A DNA stretch of 64,000 bases from a virus. The notes under the pieces are model-generated. The model ran no database searches. It was not told the origin of the DNA and saw only the letters and a program-made list of their open reading frames with translations. The stretch covers positions 96,001 to 160,000 of the IMG/VR virus record IMGVR_UViG_3300023174_000053; one strand, given 5' to 3'. Shown piece by piece: positions 1-9,912 of the stretch. Within the stretch, counting starts at the first letter, position 1, and the number at the start of each line of letters is the position of its first letter. A program made the position numbers and the translations under genes.

Positions 1-592
1 TTTTTCCATCATCACTACGAGTATGATAATGACCCGAATAAACTCTCTCAAACTTTTGAAATACTTTTTTATCTAGTCCTTCTTCATGAATGTGCCCTGG
101 ATAAACCGAAAATCCATTCAGTTCAAGATGACCAAAAATAACTTTTGCTTCTGTGTTTTCAAGAAGTTCAAAAGTTTCTTTTTCATTATCAGTACATATC
201 CAAGGAAGAAGAACTGTTTTCATTCCCTCAATAGTATATTCTGCTGGTTTAGACACTCTAACTACATTATAATATTGTTGGAGAAGTGTATCTATAGCAT
301 TAATTTCATTACTGTTTTTATAATAAGCATCATGATTTCCCACAATATTATAAACAGTAATTCCTAAATCTTGAAATCTATCATAAACATTTTCCTTTGC
401 CCAATCAAGAGCCCAGTAATCCACACCTTTACGATTATCAAAAGCATCACCCAAATGAATGACTGTTTTGATTTTGTTTTTCTTTAATGTAGGAAAAAAT
501 ATTTCATCATAAAATTTAGCAAAATACTCGTGAAATGCTTTATTTGCTTTGCGGAAATTATAATGAGTGTCTGTAATTAAACCGATACGCAT
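1..592 (-). CDS. g47: Recombination endonuclease subunit gp47 (Mre11/SbcD-like), 5' part; runs off the window edge
   Basis: Not in the ORF track. Manual translation from ATG at 592 gives MRIGLITDTHYNFRK...IHLGDAFDNRK...IVGNHDAYYKN, the metallophosphoesterase motifs; lies directly downstream of g55 as in T4-like phages. Confidence 0.93.
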   Translation of the reverse strand, partial: MRIGLITDTHYNFRKANKAFHEYFAKFYDEIFFPTLKKNKIKTVIHLGDAFDNRKGVDYWALDWAKENVYDRFQDLGITVYNIVGNHDAYYKNSNEINAIDTLLQQYYNVVRVSKPAEYTIEGMKTVLLPWICTDNEKETFELLENTEAKVIFGHLELNGFSVYPGHIHEEGLDKKVFQKFERVYSGHYHTRSDDGK

Positions 593-617
593 AATGTATT
601 TTAAAAGGAAGAATTAA

Positions 618-1103
618 TCATTGGTATTGTTTCATTTGAATGTTTTCTTTAATTGTATTGTAGTCAGAAGAATTGAATCCACTACCATCAACAGAAAATA
701 CTTGATCAAAACCACTTTTTTCAAGAATCTTTTCTTTGATTTCCATCTGTCTTTTTTCTTTCTGAATACGACGCAGGAAAGCATAGTAAACAATTTGTGT
801 AAAATACGCAAATGGATTTGTACGTTCTACATCAAAATTATTGATATACTGAACGCAATTTTCAATACCATCTGAAATCATATCTTCACGATACATATAA
901 TTTACAAAGTTTGGACGATATGATAAATGAGTAGCAATTTTTAAAAAACAATCACCCAGATAATTAGGAATAATTGGATTGGGTAATCCCTTTTCCTTTG
1001 CTGAATTCACTTTAATTTTATAATTAATCAACGCATCGTGAAAATCTTTATTATTTACATAATGTGGATTTTTCTTTACTTTATTCATTTTTGAATTTAA
1101 CAT
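618..1103 (-). CDS. g55: Late-transcription sigma factor gp55
   Basis: HYVNNKDF...LSYRPNFVNY...EDMISDGIENC...NPFAYFTQI..YAFLRRIQKEK; start moved to ATG 1103, downstream of the -10 at 1123-1128. Confidence 0.96.
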   Translation of the reverse strand: MLNSKMNKVKKNPHYVNNKDFHDALINYKIKVNSAKEKGLPNPIIPNYLGDCFLKIATHLSYRPNFVNYMYREDMISDGIENCVQYINNFDVERTNPFAYFTQIVYYAFLRRIQKEKRQMEIKEKILEKSGFDQVFSVDGSGFNSSDYNTIKENIQMKQYQ

Positions 1104-1122
1104 AAATTGATTACTTTTCCTT

Positions 1123-1152
1123 ATTATAACACACAATAGCAATAGTTGACAA
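1123..1152 (-). promoter_or_regulatory. sigma70-type promoter for g55 (TTGTCA-N18-TATAAT, extended TG)
   Basis: Minus strand reads TTGTCAactattgctattgtgtgtTATAAT immediately upstream of g55. Confidence 0.7.
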
Positions 1153-1174
1153 CTATAAAGAATGTGTCTATAAT
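1146..1174 (+). promoter_or_regulatory. Perfect consensus sigma70 promoter, antisense to the upstream operon
   Basis: TTGACA(1146-1151)-17 bp-TATAAT(1169-1174) on the + strand. Confidence 0.75.
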
Positions 1175-1206
1175 CACTCTGTTAGGGTTGAAGATAAGTT
1201 ATATCT

Positions 1207-1596
1207 TTAAATAGATTTGTAAAGTTTCTCTAAAGATATTCTGGCATCAGCAATCGAGGACAAATAACCCATTTTAGAAGTGAGTTCACTTTTATTGGAT
1301 TTTTTACTCCTTTCTCTAACAAACTTTTGATGCATTTTGATTAAATCTTCATCCGTTATTTCAGTCATCGTTATAACTTTTTCCATATCCATTACAAACA
1401 TACTATCATCAGCAAACTTTATCCAAGGACTTACTTTGATAGTTGATATTCCAAGTTGACGAATTGTTACGGTTTCCATAGTAATTGGATTATCTAAAAT
1501 TAAAACAATCCTATCGTCTTCGTCACAAGGACAAACTTTAGAAAGTATTTCCTCACCTGATATTAATTTAATGATAGCATAAAAATCTTCTTCCAT
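1207..1596 (-). CDS. Conserved cyanophage hypothetical protein between uvsW and g55 (Sm-like fold suspected)
   Basis: IIKLISGEEI..K motif; position typical of cyanomyoviruses. Confidence 0.75.
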   Translation of the reverse strand: MEEDFYAIIKLISGEEILSKVCPCDEDDRIVLILDNPITMETVTIRQLGISTIKVSPWIKFADDSMFVMDMEKVITMTEITDEDLIKMHQKFVRERSKKSNKSELTSKMGYLSSIADARISLEKLYKSI

Positions 1597-3060
1597 TTAT
1601 TTTTTAAAGTCTAGTTGTATAATTTCATAATTAAATTTTTCTTCATTGTAAATTTTAATTCTTTCGATTAAATGATTTAAAGTATAATTCTTTTTTGATT
1701 TGTAAGTAATGTCGTCTGCAATATCGTAAAGAACTGCTTTATTTTTGTTTTCTCCTTTTCGGAGAACTCTACCGATAGATTGTAAATTTCTTACTCTTGA
1801 TTTACTTGGACTAGCAAAGATAATATTATGGAGATTTTTAATATTAATACCAGTACTAAATGTTCCGTATGAAGCAACGATAATTGAATCGTTTTCTTTT
1901 TCGGTAATTTCTCTTACCTTTTCTCTTTCTTCAGCATCCACACCACCGTAGACAAAAAATATTTTTCTATCTTTTGCTGCTGAACTATTTATCATCTCAT
2001 ACAAAGGTTGCCCGTGAGTTTCAACACGACTATAAAGAATTAAAGTATTACCCTTCAAATCCAAAGATAAGTTTTTAATAAAATTATTTCTCTTGTCGTG
2101 GGTAATCAAATACTGAATTTCTTCTTCGTATTCATCAAACTGATGTTCGTTATGTTTTAATAAAAGAACTTTGATTTGTAGTTTTGATAGATAACCTTTT
2201 TCAATAAGTTCCTGTGTCTGCGTAACCTTGTATGAGGGACCGAATAAACCCTCCAGAACCCACTTGTGAGTTTGCGAACCATCCAAAGTACCAGTGAACC
2301 CAAAACGATACTTTGTATTGTCCATCTTTGTCATAATACCAACCAAAGATTTAGACTTAAATTGGTGTGCTTCATCCCCAATCACCACATCAAATTTCTC
2401 AAAGAATGTTCTTGGTAAGTTGTAAATACTCTGCCAGGTTGTAATGACTACATTTTTATTTGTAGATTTTTCTTTACCAGAGTAAATCTTATGGCAATAT
2501 TCTTCGGCATTCCACCCATAATCCTCAAAGTCTTTATACATTTGTTCTACTAATGAAGTAGTAGGAACAATTAGTAAAATATTATGTTCCTTTTCTACAA
2601 AGTATCTAACGATTGAGTAAATCATCAAAGACTTACCAGAAGCAGTTGGAGAAATTAAAAGCTTACGATTATACCTGAGAGCATCATACACAGCATCTAC
2701 TTGATAGTCTCTTGGTTCGTGCCTTGATATACTCTTCATATAATCAGAGACACCTTCCACCGAAATCATTTCATTCTCCTCAAATGGAGAACCATAAAAC
2801 TTATTATCTTTGAACTCTACCGTATATTCACAGTTTTTTGCCCAAGCAACTAGTTTATCCAAAAGACCAACATATAGTTCACCAGTATGATTACTATAAA
2901 GTCTTATTTTTCCATCCCAATATTTGCTCCTATACTGGGGCATAAATTTTGCTCCAGGGACATCAAAAGTAAAATGCTCAGATAACTCTTGATGAATATG
3001 TGGTTCTGTTTCGACTTTTAAATAAATCTCGTTCTTTTTTTGTATAATAATATTAGCCAT
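1597..3060 (-). CDS. uvsW: RNA-DNA/DNA helicase UvsW
   Basis: SPTASGKS Walker A, DEAH box, TGT, QSIGRVLR; N-terminal WDGKIRL; adjacent to uvsY. Confidence 0.96.
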   Translation of the reverse strand: MANIIIQKKNEIYLKVETEPHIHQELSEHFTFDVPGAKFMPQYRSKYWDGKIRLYSNHTGELYVGLLDKLVAWAKNCEYTVEFKDNKFYGSPFEENEMISVEGVSDYMKSISRHEPRDYQVDAVYDALRYNRKLLISPTASGKSLMIYSIVRYFVEKEHNILLIVPTTSLVEQMYKDFEDYGWNAEEYCHKIYSGKEKSTNKNVVITTWQSIYNLPRTFFEKFDVVIGDEAHQFKSKSLVGIMTKMDNTKYRFGFTGTLDGSQTHKWVLEGLFGPSYKVTQTQELIEKGYLSKLQIKVLLLKHNEHQFDEYEEEIQYLITHDKRNNFIKNLSLDLKGNTLILYSRVETHGQPLYEMINSSAAKDRKIFFVYGGVDAEEREKVREITEKENDSIIVASYGTFSTGINIKNLHNIIFASPSKSRVRNLQSIGRVLRKGENKNKAVLYDIADDITYKSKKNYTLNHLIERIKIYNEEKFNYEIIQLDFKK

Positions 3061-3481
3061 ATCCTGCTGCAAATCTCATGTATTCAATCGCATTCTTTAT
3101 TTGATAAGTTCTATTTAAGATTGTTTTTAATATACTTTCCAAATAACTAAGCATCGTTTGGTAATAGTCTATTTTGGATACTATTTTAATTAAGTCTTTA
3201 TCAGCATCCATATACTTATCTATATCCGGTTTCAAAACCTTATGGTCAAATGGTTTTTCTTTATATACTTCTGGTTCTGCTTTACCAGAGTAATACATCC
3301 ATTTTTCTTTTTTTAAAATCTTATATTTGTTTTCTTCTAGTTTTCGAAGAAGAAGAATATTGTTATAAAGTTTATAATATTTTGCATGAAGAGCAGGTAT
3401 TTTGATAGACTCATCGTGTAAATTATCTTGGTCTATAATTGAATCCTTTTCCCATAATAATTGTATTTCATCAAGGTTCAT
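3053..3481 (-). CDS. uvsY: Recombination mediator UvsY
   Basis: KIPALHAKY...YYSGKA...YMDADKD...IKNAIEYMRF..G. Confidence 0.93.
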   Translation of the reverse strand: MNLDEIQLLWEKDSIIDQDNLHDESIKIPALHAKYYKLYNNILLLRKLEENKYKILKKEKWMYYSGKAEPEVYKEKPFDHKVLKPDIDKYMDADKDLIKIVSKIDYYQTMLSYLESILKTILNRTYQIKNAIEYMRFAAGYG

Positions 3482-3485
3482 AGTT

Positions 3486-4028
3486 TCAATAAGTTGTTAT
3501 ATCATATAAAGTATACTTGAAGTTTACCTGTGCTGTTACATATTGAACGTCAGTATTGGTAGCATCAAAATTAATTGTAGAAAGTGATGTTGGAAATAAA
3601 CCTTTAAAACTAACTGATGCTACTGGATTGTAATTGCTGTTGTAAATGATTAAACTTCCATCAGATTGACCCGAAGATGCGTTTTGAACTCCTGGATTGT
3701 ATGGGTCTTGATTGAGAAATTCTTGGTATTCCCCAACGTTCTCTGGGTATCCAAGACCTCTTATCCAATTATGAACTTGAAGATAATTTTCTAAATTTTC
3801 ATCAACAAAAAATTTTAAATTAAAATCATCATAAGTTATCTTATCACCAGGAATTGGAATATCTTTCAAATAAGTAGGTTGAATTGCTACACCAAGATTA
3901 ATTCCAGGTATTTCTGCGGAATTAGAAAAGAAATCAATTTTTGGATACTTTGCTAATACAAACTTAAAACCTAATGGAGATAGGTAGTTTTTGTTTCCAA
4001 TTTGATTTGATAACGAGGGTGAAGCCAT
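3486..4028 (-). CDS. g3: Tail completion/tail-tube terminator gp3
   Basis: NYLSPLGFKF...IPGINLG...PGDKITY..F.VDENLENY...LFPTSLS; synteny after g23. Confidence 0.88.
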   Translation of the reverse strand: MASPSLSNQIGNKNYLSPLGFKFVLAKYPKIDFFSNSAEIPGINLGVAIQPTYLKDIPIPGDKITYDDFNLKFFVDENLENYLQVHNWIRGLGYPENVGEYQEFLNQDPYNPGVQNASSGQSDGSLIIYNSNYNPVASVSFKGLFPTSLSTINFDATNTDVQYVTAQVNFKYTLYDITTY

Positions 4029-4037
4029 TTTTATTTT

Positions 4038-4045
4038 TATTTATA
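4038..4045 (-). promoter_or_regulatory. T4 late promoter TATAAATA for g3
   Basis: Exact gp55-dependent consensus 10 bp upstream of the g3 ATG. Confidence 0.85.
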
Positions 4046-4050
4046 GGCAT

Positions 4051-4074
4051 AAAAAAAGGGTCCTTTCGGACCCC
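4051..4074 (-). terminator. Intrinsic terminator of g23
   Basis: Minus strand GGGTCC-GAAA-GGACCC followed by T7, just after the g23 stop. Confidence 0.92.
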
Positions 4075-4094
4075 AAGAAAAATGTGAAAGAAAC

Positions 4095-5528
4095 TCACAT
4101 AAGGTTAGAAACCTGTACTCTTCTGTAGTAACGGTTTGAGTTGGTCGAAATTTGACCAAGACCTTGTGTTTTACCTTCTGCAAATGGGTTAGCAACAAGA
4201 CCATAACGGGTCTTAAAGCCAATTTTTGGTTGGAAGGTGTTCTCACCAACGGCACGAACCATTTGGAGAGGAACATAAGGACAATAGAAGAGACCTGCAT
4301 CATAAGGGGAAGAACCCTTATAACCGACAACATAGTACTGACCACCAGTTGCACCAGTTGCTGGGTTACCAGCACCACCCGAATATGGGTCGATATAAAC
4401 TTTATACTTACCGTTAAGAACACCAGCAAAAGTATTGCCAGTATCGTCTACGTTAAGGTTTGCATTGAGTGCAGGGGTGTAGTCAAGAAGACCAGCCATC
4501 GAAAGTGCAGAAGCAACATCCGAAGAACACATGATGATGTTGCCTTTTCCTCTACGAGTTCTTTGTGCGATTGCGTTAGCATCACGCTCGATTTGGAAGA
4601 TAAGACCTTTGAATTTCTCAACCGACCAACGACCGTTGGAATCAACGTCAAGGTCAAAAGTACCAGCAGTAGCAGTGTTGAACTGAGCACCAGCTTCAGC
4701 AGTCTTGTAGATGGTACGAATAACTTCACGGTTGATTTCAGCAAGAATCTCAGTTGAGAGAATGTTTGCCAATTCCGCTTCAGCATTCAGACCATGAATT
4801 GCCTTGAGGTCTTGTGCGAGCTCTAATGAATACTCAGCCTTGAGTGCTCTTGACTTTGCAGTAACGGTGACTTTCTCGATTGAGAATGCCATTTCGTTGA
4901 AACTTTCAGAACCTGATGCACCAAGTCTTTCTGCATCATAGGTAGCCATACCACCACCTACGTTGTAGGAAGTACCAGCAGTACCAACAGCATTCAGAAG
5001 ACCGGGGTTGCTACCAGTTTGTGAAGCAGTAGTACCGAAACCTACGTTTGCTTCAATAGTAGGATCAACAGCATACTGGGTTTGAGTTCCCTTTCTTCCA
5101 GAGAACTGAGTATCAACTTCATCGAAGAATGCTTCAGCACCTGATTGACTGGTATAACGTGAACGCATTGCGAAGATGAGTCCTGTGGGACCGTTCATTG
5201 GTTGAACACCTGCGAGGTCATATGCGACCAAGTTAGGCATTGAACGACGGATTAAGCTGATTAGAACAGGGTCGAAACCTGCAACTGGACCAGCTGCTGC
5301 GTTTCCACTAGCACCATATCCACCACCAAAACCAGCACTACTAGTAGTTGAACCACTATATGATGCTTCGCCAAGGAATTCTCTTTCCTCACGAAGGAAT
5401 TTCTCTTGATTCTCCAGGAGAACTGCGGTTACCATTCTACGATGTGAATCTTTGATTCCATCAAGTCCCTGATAGTCAAGGAGTGGTGCCCACTTCTCCT
5501 GCAGATGTTCTGCGTTGAACATTTGCAT
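4095..5528 (-). CDS. g23: Major capsid protein gp23
   Basis: LISLIRR.MPNL.AYD..GVQPM.GPTGLIFAMR; KSRALKAEYSLELAQDLKAIHG; FQPKIGFKTRYG. Confidence 0.99.
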   Translation of the reverse strand: MQMFNAEHLQEKWAPLLDYQGLDGIKDSHRRMVTAVLLENQEKFLREEREFLGEASYSGSTTSSAGFGGGYGASGNAAAGPVAGFDPVLISLIRRSMPNLVAYDLAGVQPMNGPTGLIFAMRSRYTSQSGAEAFFDEVDTQFSGRKGTQTQYAVDPTIEANVGFGTTASQTGSNPGLLNAVGTAGTSYNVGGGMATYDAERLGASGSESFNEMAFSIEKVTVTAKSRALKAEYSLELAQDLKAIHGLNAEAELANILSTEILAEINREVIRTIYKTAEAGAQFNTATAGTFDLDVDSNGRWSVEKFKGLIFQIERDANAIAQRTRRGKGNIIMCSSDVASALSMAGLLDYTPALNANLNVDDTGNTFAGVLNGKYKVYIDPYSGGAGNPATGATGGQYYVVGYKGSSPYDAGLFYCPYVPLQMVRAVGENTFQPKIGFKTRYGLVANPFAEGKTQGLGQISTNSNRYYRRVQVSNLM

Positions 5529-5577
5529 TTGTTTTACCTCTTTAAAAAATTTTAGTTTGATTGTTATAATTTAAAAA

Positions 5578-6798
5578 TCACTTTTTAGAAACTCTTTGGA
5601 GTGCATCGAGATAATATGACATCGAACCAGATACTGGTTGCGAATAATCAGTTTCTTCTGCAATGTAATCCGAGTTGTCTCTTTGAGTACCAGCGTTTCT
5701 GGGGAAATAAGATTCCCTTAATGTTACCAGTTTCTCACGATAGCTACCTTCACTATCAAACTCAACATTTTCTGCAAGAGAAGCGAGTTTATCCTTCTGA
5801 GAAAGTGCGAGACCCTCAGAAACTTCGGCAAAGATTACTTCAGTAACCGACTCTGCTAATCTTCTATTCAGAGCAACATTCCTATGAATCTGCTCATTGA
5901 GTTTGGACTCCATATCATCAAGTTTTTCTACCATACTCTCAAGTACATCATATCTATCTTCAGGGATTGTTACATAATGATCTTCAAAAAGACCCTTCAT
6001 TCCTTGAAGGAATGATTCAGTCATTTCAGTCTTAAGTCCTTGCTCTACTTCGAGAGCATTTTCTTGTAACCATTCTTCTGAAACATACTCAAGGTATGCA
6101 TCAAGACGGTCAGTTAATTCTTCTCTAATTACTTCTACTTCTTCGGCAAGCTTTTGCTCATATTGATAAGCAATTGCTTCTTCGATTTGTTCGGTTCTAG
6201 CATTCAAAGCAGCTTCGAAAACTGTTTTTGCTTTTACCTTGAAATCTTCGGAGAGTTCTTCACCAGAAAGAAGTGCATTTACGTCCTCTTCGATTTCTTC
6301 TTCGATTTGGGCAAATGCCTCTTTCATTGCTTTTTCTTTTTCGTCCTCTTCATCATCTTCTTCACTATCTTCATCTTCACCTTCTTCGTCATCCTCATCA
6401 TCTTCCTCATCTTTTTTGGAAGACTTTTTCTTTGCTTCGGAAACTACTTCATCTTCATCATACTCATCTTCGTCATCAATGAGTTCTTCTTCCTCATCTT
6501 CTTCGACTGATTCCTTAGCAAGGGACTTCATAGCATCTGCTGCTTTTGCGCCCTTATTTACAACATTCTTAACTTGCTTAAGAGTTGCGCCAGGAGTTGA
6601 AAGTTTTGCAGAATCATCATCTGGTTTGTAGTTTTCTGGAGTTGGTCCTCCAAGATCTTCCCAACTACCAGTTTGACCATCAGGAATGCCTGTGGTTAAC
6701 TTCTGCATTGGTTCTGCTGCTTTTGCTCCCGCATTCACAGCAGTTTTAGATTGTTTAGTGCCTGTTTCCATTTCTTGTAAGTTTTTGCCACGGGACAT
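5578..6798 (-). CDS. g22: Prohead core scaffold protein gp22
   Basis: Acidic protein; LSEDFK.KA.T.FEAA, YLEYVSEEWL.EN motifs; between g21 and g23. Confidence 0.93.
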   Translation of the reverse strand: MSRGKNLQEMETGTKQSKTAVNAGAKAAEPMQKLTTGIPDGQTGSWEDLGGPTPENYKPDDDSAKLSTPGATLKQVKNVVNKGAKAADAMKSLAKESVEEDEEEELIDDEDEYDEDEVVSEAKKKSSKKDEEDDEDDEEGEDEDSEEDDEEDEKEKAMKEAFAQIEEEIEEDVNALLSGEELSEDFKVKAKTVFEAALNARTEQIEEAIAYQYEQKLAEEVEVIREELTDRLDAYLEYVSEEWLQENALEVEQGLKTEMTESFLQGMKGLFEDHYVTIPEDRYDVLESMVEKLDDMESKLNEQIHRNVALNRRLAESVTEVIFAEVSEGLALSQKDKLASLAENVEFDSEGSYREKLVTLRESYFPRNAGTQRDNSDYIAEETDYSQPVSGSMSYYLDALQRVSKK

Positions 6799-6837
6799 TT
6801 TAGATCTCTCCGATTAACCTATTGTTTAATCTGTATT

Positions 6838-6845
6838 TATTTATA
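6838..6845 (-). promoter_or_regulatory. T4 late promoter TATAAATA for g22-g23
   Basis: Exact consensus in the g21-g22 intergenic region. Confidence 0.85.
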
Positions 6846-6847
6846 AT

Positions 6848-7498
6848 TTAAAGATTTGATAAAAAGTTCTGGAACAGATCAACTTTCTGTTCTTCCAAAC
6901 GTTTTTGATCTACTAATGTGTTTATTTTTCTCTTTGCTGCTTTTGCGGCTCTTTCGCGGAGAATTCCACCTTCCCAACACCACTCCTTTCCTTCCATAAT
7001 TCCATTTACAAAAGCATCAGGAGCAGAAGGATCAGCAACAAGATCTGCTGCTGTTGCCAACATAAAATCTTCACCAACTACTGAATAACCTTCATTAGTT
7101 GGAATTAATGAACCAACACCACGAGAAGAAACTCCCAACATCACACCTTCACCGAGAAGAGATTCTGCAATTTTTCCCATAGGAGTGGAAAGAATTTTTG
7201 CTCTTCCTTTAAAATTATCTCCAACTCTCTCTAAACAAACAATTTTATGAGAAACTCTATCAAGGTTTAAAGAAGGACCATCAGGGTGACCTAGTTCTCC
7301 AAGAGCACGACCTTTTTGAATATAATTTTCATTATATCTTTTGACTTCTCTTTCGAGAGTTCTCATTTCATAGAGACGCTTGTTTCTGTTTGGTTTATTT
7401 GCTTGAAGAAAAATACCTTCAATAAAAAGAGACTTTTTACCGTTGGTTTCTTCGACAATAACCTTAACCTTTTCGATTTCTTCTGTGATGAGTTTCAT
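6848..7498 (-). CDS. g21: Prohead protease gp21
   Basis: MKLITEE..., IEGIFLQ, NRN.R.Y, ALGELGHP, GVSSRG.GS, D.VADPSAPDAFV; real start probably ATG 7498. Confidence 0.97.
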   Translation of the reverse strand: MKLITEEIEKVKVIVEETNGKKSLFIEGIFLQANKPNRNKRLYEMRTLEREVKRYNENYIQKGRALGELGHPDGPSLNLDRVSHKIVCLERVGDNFKGRAKILSTPMGKIAESLLGEGVMLGVSSRGVGSLIPTNEGYSVVGEDFMLATAADLVADPSAPDAFVNGIMEGKEWCWEGGILRERAAKAAKRKINTLVDQKRLEEQKVDLFQNFLSNL

Positions 7499-7502
7499 TG
7501 GA

Positions 7503-8054
7503 TTAACCACCTGCGATTTGAATTTCTGTGATGTGGAGTTTTCCACTTGCTCCATAAGCAGCAACTTTTGTTGTTCTTCTCAAAACACCAGTAGGAGTAG
7601 TTACTGGACCTTGACTTGAAGTATTCCAAGTAAGAGTGATAACTCTATTAAATCCACCTGTTCCAGCACTGTTTGATGCATTTACTGAAGCAACAGTTGC
7701 TGCTGTTGTGTTGATGCCCGATGGAACAACACCAGTAAGTTCAACAATATCACCGGCAGAAAAATCAGAGAAAGTACCTTCTGGTAAAGTTACAATAGTA
7801 GTAGTACCAGTAGTAACACCAACAATAGTTTGAGTAGTTGGTGTATCTCTTAATATAAGTTCAGTTCCTGCTTTAACAAAAATGCTAGCATTTGTAGTAG
7901 TACTAATTGTTGGAGTTGGAGCAACCTCAACATAAGCATCTTGTTCTGGAACAATTCTCAAAAAACCAGACCTCAAAGCAATTGGATTGCTGGTTACTGC
8001 TGCACCAGTCATCGTCAATGGCGTAATCTTTTGTACAATCTTATATACGGACAT
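7503..8054 (-). CDS. Hypothetical, probable virion structural protein (Thr/Val-rich)
   Basis: 183-aa ORF with late-promoter variant ACTAAATA at 8078-8085; lies in the head module. Confidence 0.65.
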   Translation of the reverse strand: MSVYKIVQKITPLTMTGAAVTSNPIALRSGFLRIVPEQDAYVEVAPTPTISTTTNASIFVKAGTELILRDTPTTQTIVGVTTGTTTIVTLPEGTFSDFSAGDIVELTGVVPSGINTTAATVASVNASNSAGTGGFNRVITLTWNTSSQGPVTTPTGVLRRTTKVAAYGASGKLHITEIQIAGG

Positions 8055-8132
8055 TGTAATAATTAGACTATATTAGTTATTTAGTATTTCTTACAAGTTC
8101 TCAATAACATTCATAGAAGTAATTATTACTAT

Positions 8133-8909
8133 TTACGATAATTCCTTACAAGTAAAAGCAAACCAAACATCTAATTTTGTTGAATTATCAACTCTTTTCA
8201 TACAAAGTGTAAGCATATTTGGAGATGCTCCACCATGCATAGTTGATGGTCCTTCATCACCTGAAGTATTTTTTCCAATAATAACTCCACTATGTCTCAT
8301 AACAGAACTATTTTGTGTGAAGGTATTTCCCGTATTAGTACTATACTTATCTTGATATACTCTATATTGTAATTTTGTTCCTAATGAATTCCAAGCAGGA
8401 ATTGCTGCTCCAGCAATATTAATATCACCCTCATACCATTCATAAATGATAGTGCTTTGATTGGCGTTATTATTTCCAATTTCATATTCTGTAATTTCTG
8501 CCAAATCTGATATAGTAGTTCCAGAACTATTTACTCTAATACTCATTACGGGTCTCATTGTATCATCCATAGTCCAACCACGATTTGTATTTGTTGCGTG
8601 ATTGTTAAATGAATATAAACTGCCTTCAGGTTGTTTGACAACTATAATATTATTAAAAGTTGATATACCTACTGGAAGGTATGGTGTTGTTAGAATTCCT
8701 GATGTTCCAACTTCTGTAAGATGTACATGATTTGGATTTTGTGGAGAACTTGTGACTGATACTGTGGTTCCAACATTTACATTACCAGTAATCGTAATAT
8801 TGGAAGAACCCAACGATACTGGAAATGGATTGGAAAAACTTACTACTGTATTTCCTGCCCCAGTAAAAACTACGGATTGTGCTGGTTGGGGAAGTGGATT
8901 ATAAGACAT
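8133..8909 (-). CDS. Hypothetical protein (beta-rich, probable virion/decoration protein)
   Basis: 258-aa ORF coupled to the upstream ORF. Confidence 0.6.
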   Translation of the reverse strand: MSYNPLPQPAQSVVFTGAGNTVVSFSNPFPVSLGSSNITITGNVNVGTTVSVTSSPQNPNHVHLTEVGTSGILTTPYLPVGISTFNNIIVVKQPEGSLYSFNNHATNTNRGWTMDDTMRPVMSIRVNSSGTTISDLAEITEYEIGNNNANQSTIIYEWYEGDINIAGAAIPAWNSLGTKLQYRVYQDKYSTNTGNTFTQNSSVMRHSGVIIGKNTSGDEGPSTMHGGASPNMLTLCMKRVDNSTKLDVWFAFTCKELS

Positions 8910-8910
8910 A

Positions 8911-9909
8911 TTAGATTAAGAACCAATTTGAACCGTTATAAAAATATGTTAGTGATTGATGATTGATAGACATAATCACAGAAGTATCGTTTTCTACACT
9001 TTTACCAATACCTGATTGAACTGTAATACTATATGTAGATATATTATTTCCCTCATCTTTGACGATGATTTTTTTTCCAGTATTTGGAGATGTTGGAAGA
9101 ACTATTGTTACAGGAACACTAGCATTGACACCAATATAATCATCATTATCGGTTGCCTGATAATAAGTTGTGACTCCACTAATAGAAACAATACTTGTAA
9201 TACCAACAGCGTTTGGATTTACAAACTCCGCTTTATTGGTGGTTGAGTTCCATTGTAGAAACTTACCATCATACGCACTTGGATTTGTCTTAATTCCTAC
9301 AAGTCCATCAAGATATCTAAAACGATATTCTCCCCCACCACCAACTGTTGATAGTTGTTGTTGAATACGAGAAAGGAAAAGTTTATAATGTTTCTTTAAA
9401 TCGTCAAGTGTTGCGAACTTTTGGTCTAATGGAGTTAATGGGTCATTTTGTTGCTTAACATCACTTGGTTCGGCAAGAAGACCTAATGATTTTTCAATCA
9501 GGTCTTCTTTGGGTTCTTCTAATTCTTCTTTATATTCGTCCAAAACCTCAAGAACTTCATCCAAAGAATTTTCAATTACTTCTTCAATTACTTGTTCTTG
9601 TTTTTTTGGTGTCTCTGAATATAACCAATCCTCAAATGCCTTGACTGTTTTTTGTTCTTGTACCTTTTTCTTTTTCTTTGGAGTAATCTCTTCTGTTAAA
9701 GCAGACAAAAAAAGTTCATCAAAAGAATTCCCAACAAGAGTTTCTTTTTTTTCTTTAATAACTTTTTTTCCAGTACTTATCGTTGAAAAAAAGTCATCAA
9801 CAGCATCTCCTACTGTCTCATCAAGTTCTTTTTTTCTTTTTTGTTTTCCCGCACTTATTGCGGTAAAAAAATCAGATAATTCCTTGGAACCTACTCCAAA
9901 GTCATTCAC
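8911..9909 (-). CDS. Hypothetical protein: acidic/coiled N-terminus, STVGGGGE linker, C-terminal fibre-type domain
   Basis: 332-aa ORF; C-terminal 'VTIVLPTSPNTGKKIIVKDE...Y.YNGSNWF' resembles domains common in phage fibre proteins. Confidence 0.65.
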   Translation of the reverse strand: MNDFGVGSKELSDFFTAISAGKQKRKKELDETVGDAVDDFFSTISTGKKVIKEKKETLVGNSFDELFLSALTEEITPKKKKKVQEQKTVKAFEDWLYSETPKKQEQVIEEVIENSLDEVLEVLDEYKEELEEPKEDLIEKSLGLLAEPSDVKQQNDPLTPLDQKFATLDDLKKHYKLFLSRIQQQLSTVGGGGEYRFRYLDGLVGIKTNPSAYDGKFLQWNSTTNKAEFVNPNAVGITSIVSISGVTTYYQATDNDDYIGVNASVPVTIVLPTSPNTGKKIIVKDEGNNISTYSITVQSGIGKSVENDTSVIMSINHQSLTYFYNGSNWFLI

Positions 9910-9912
9910 TTA

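Noticed and set aside
4037-4786. Alternative-frame and antisense ORFs over g23 (130, 201, 63 and 112 aa)
   Set aside because: Shadow ORFs caused by the codon bias of a highly expressed gene; no independent signals
6154-6631. Ser-, Phe- and His/Leu-rich + strand ORFs
   Set aside because: Antisense shadows of the Glu/Asp-rich tract of gp22
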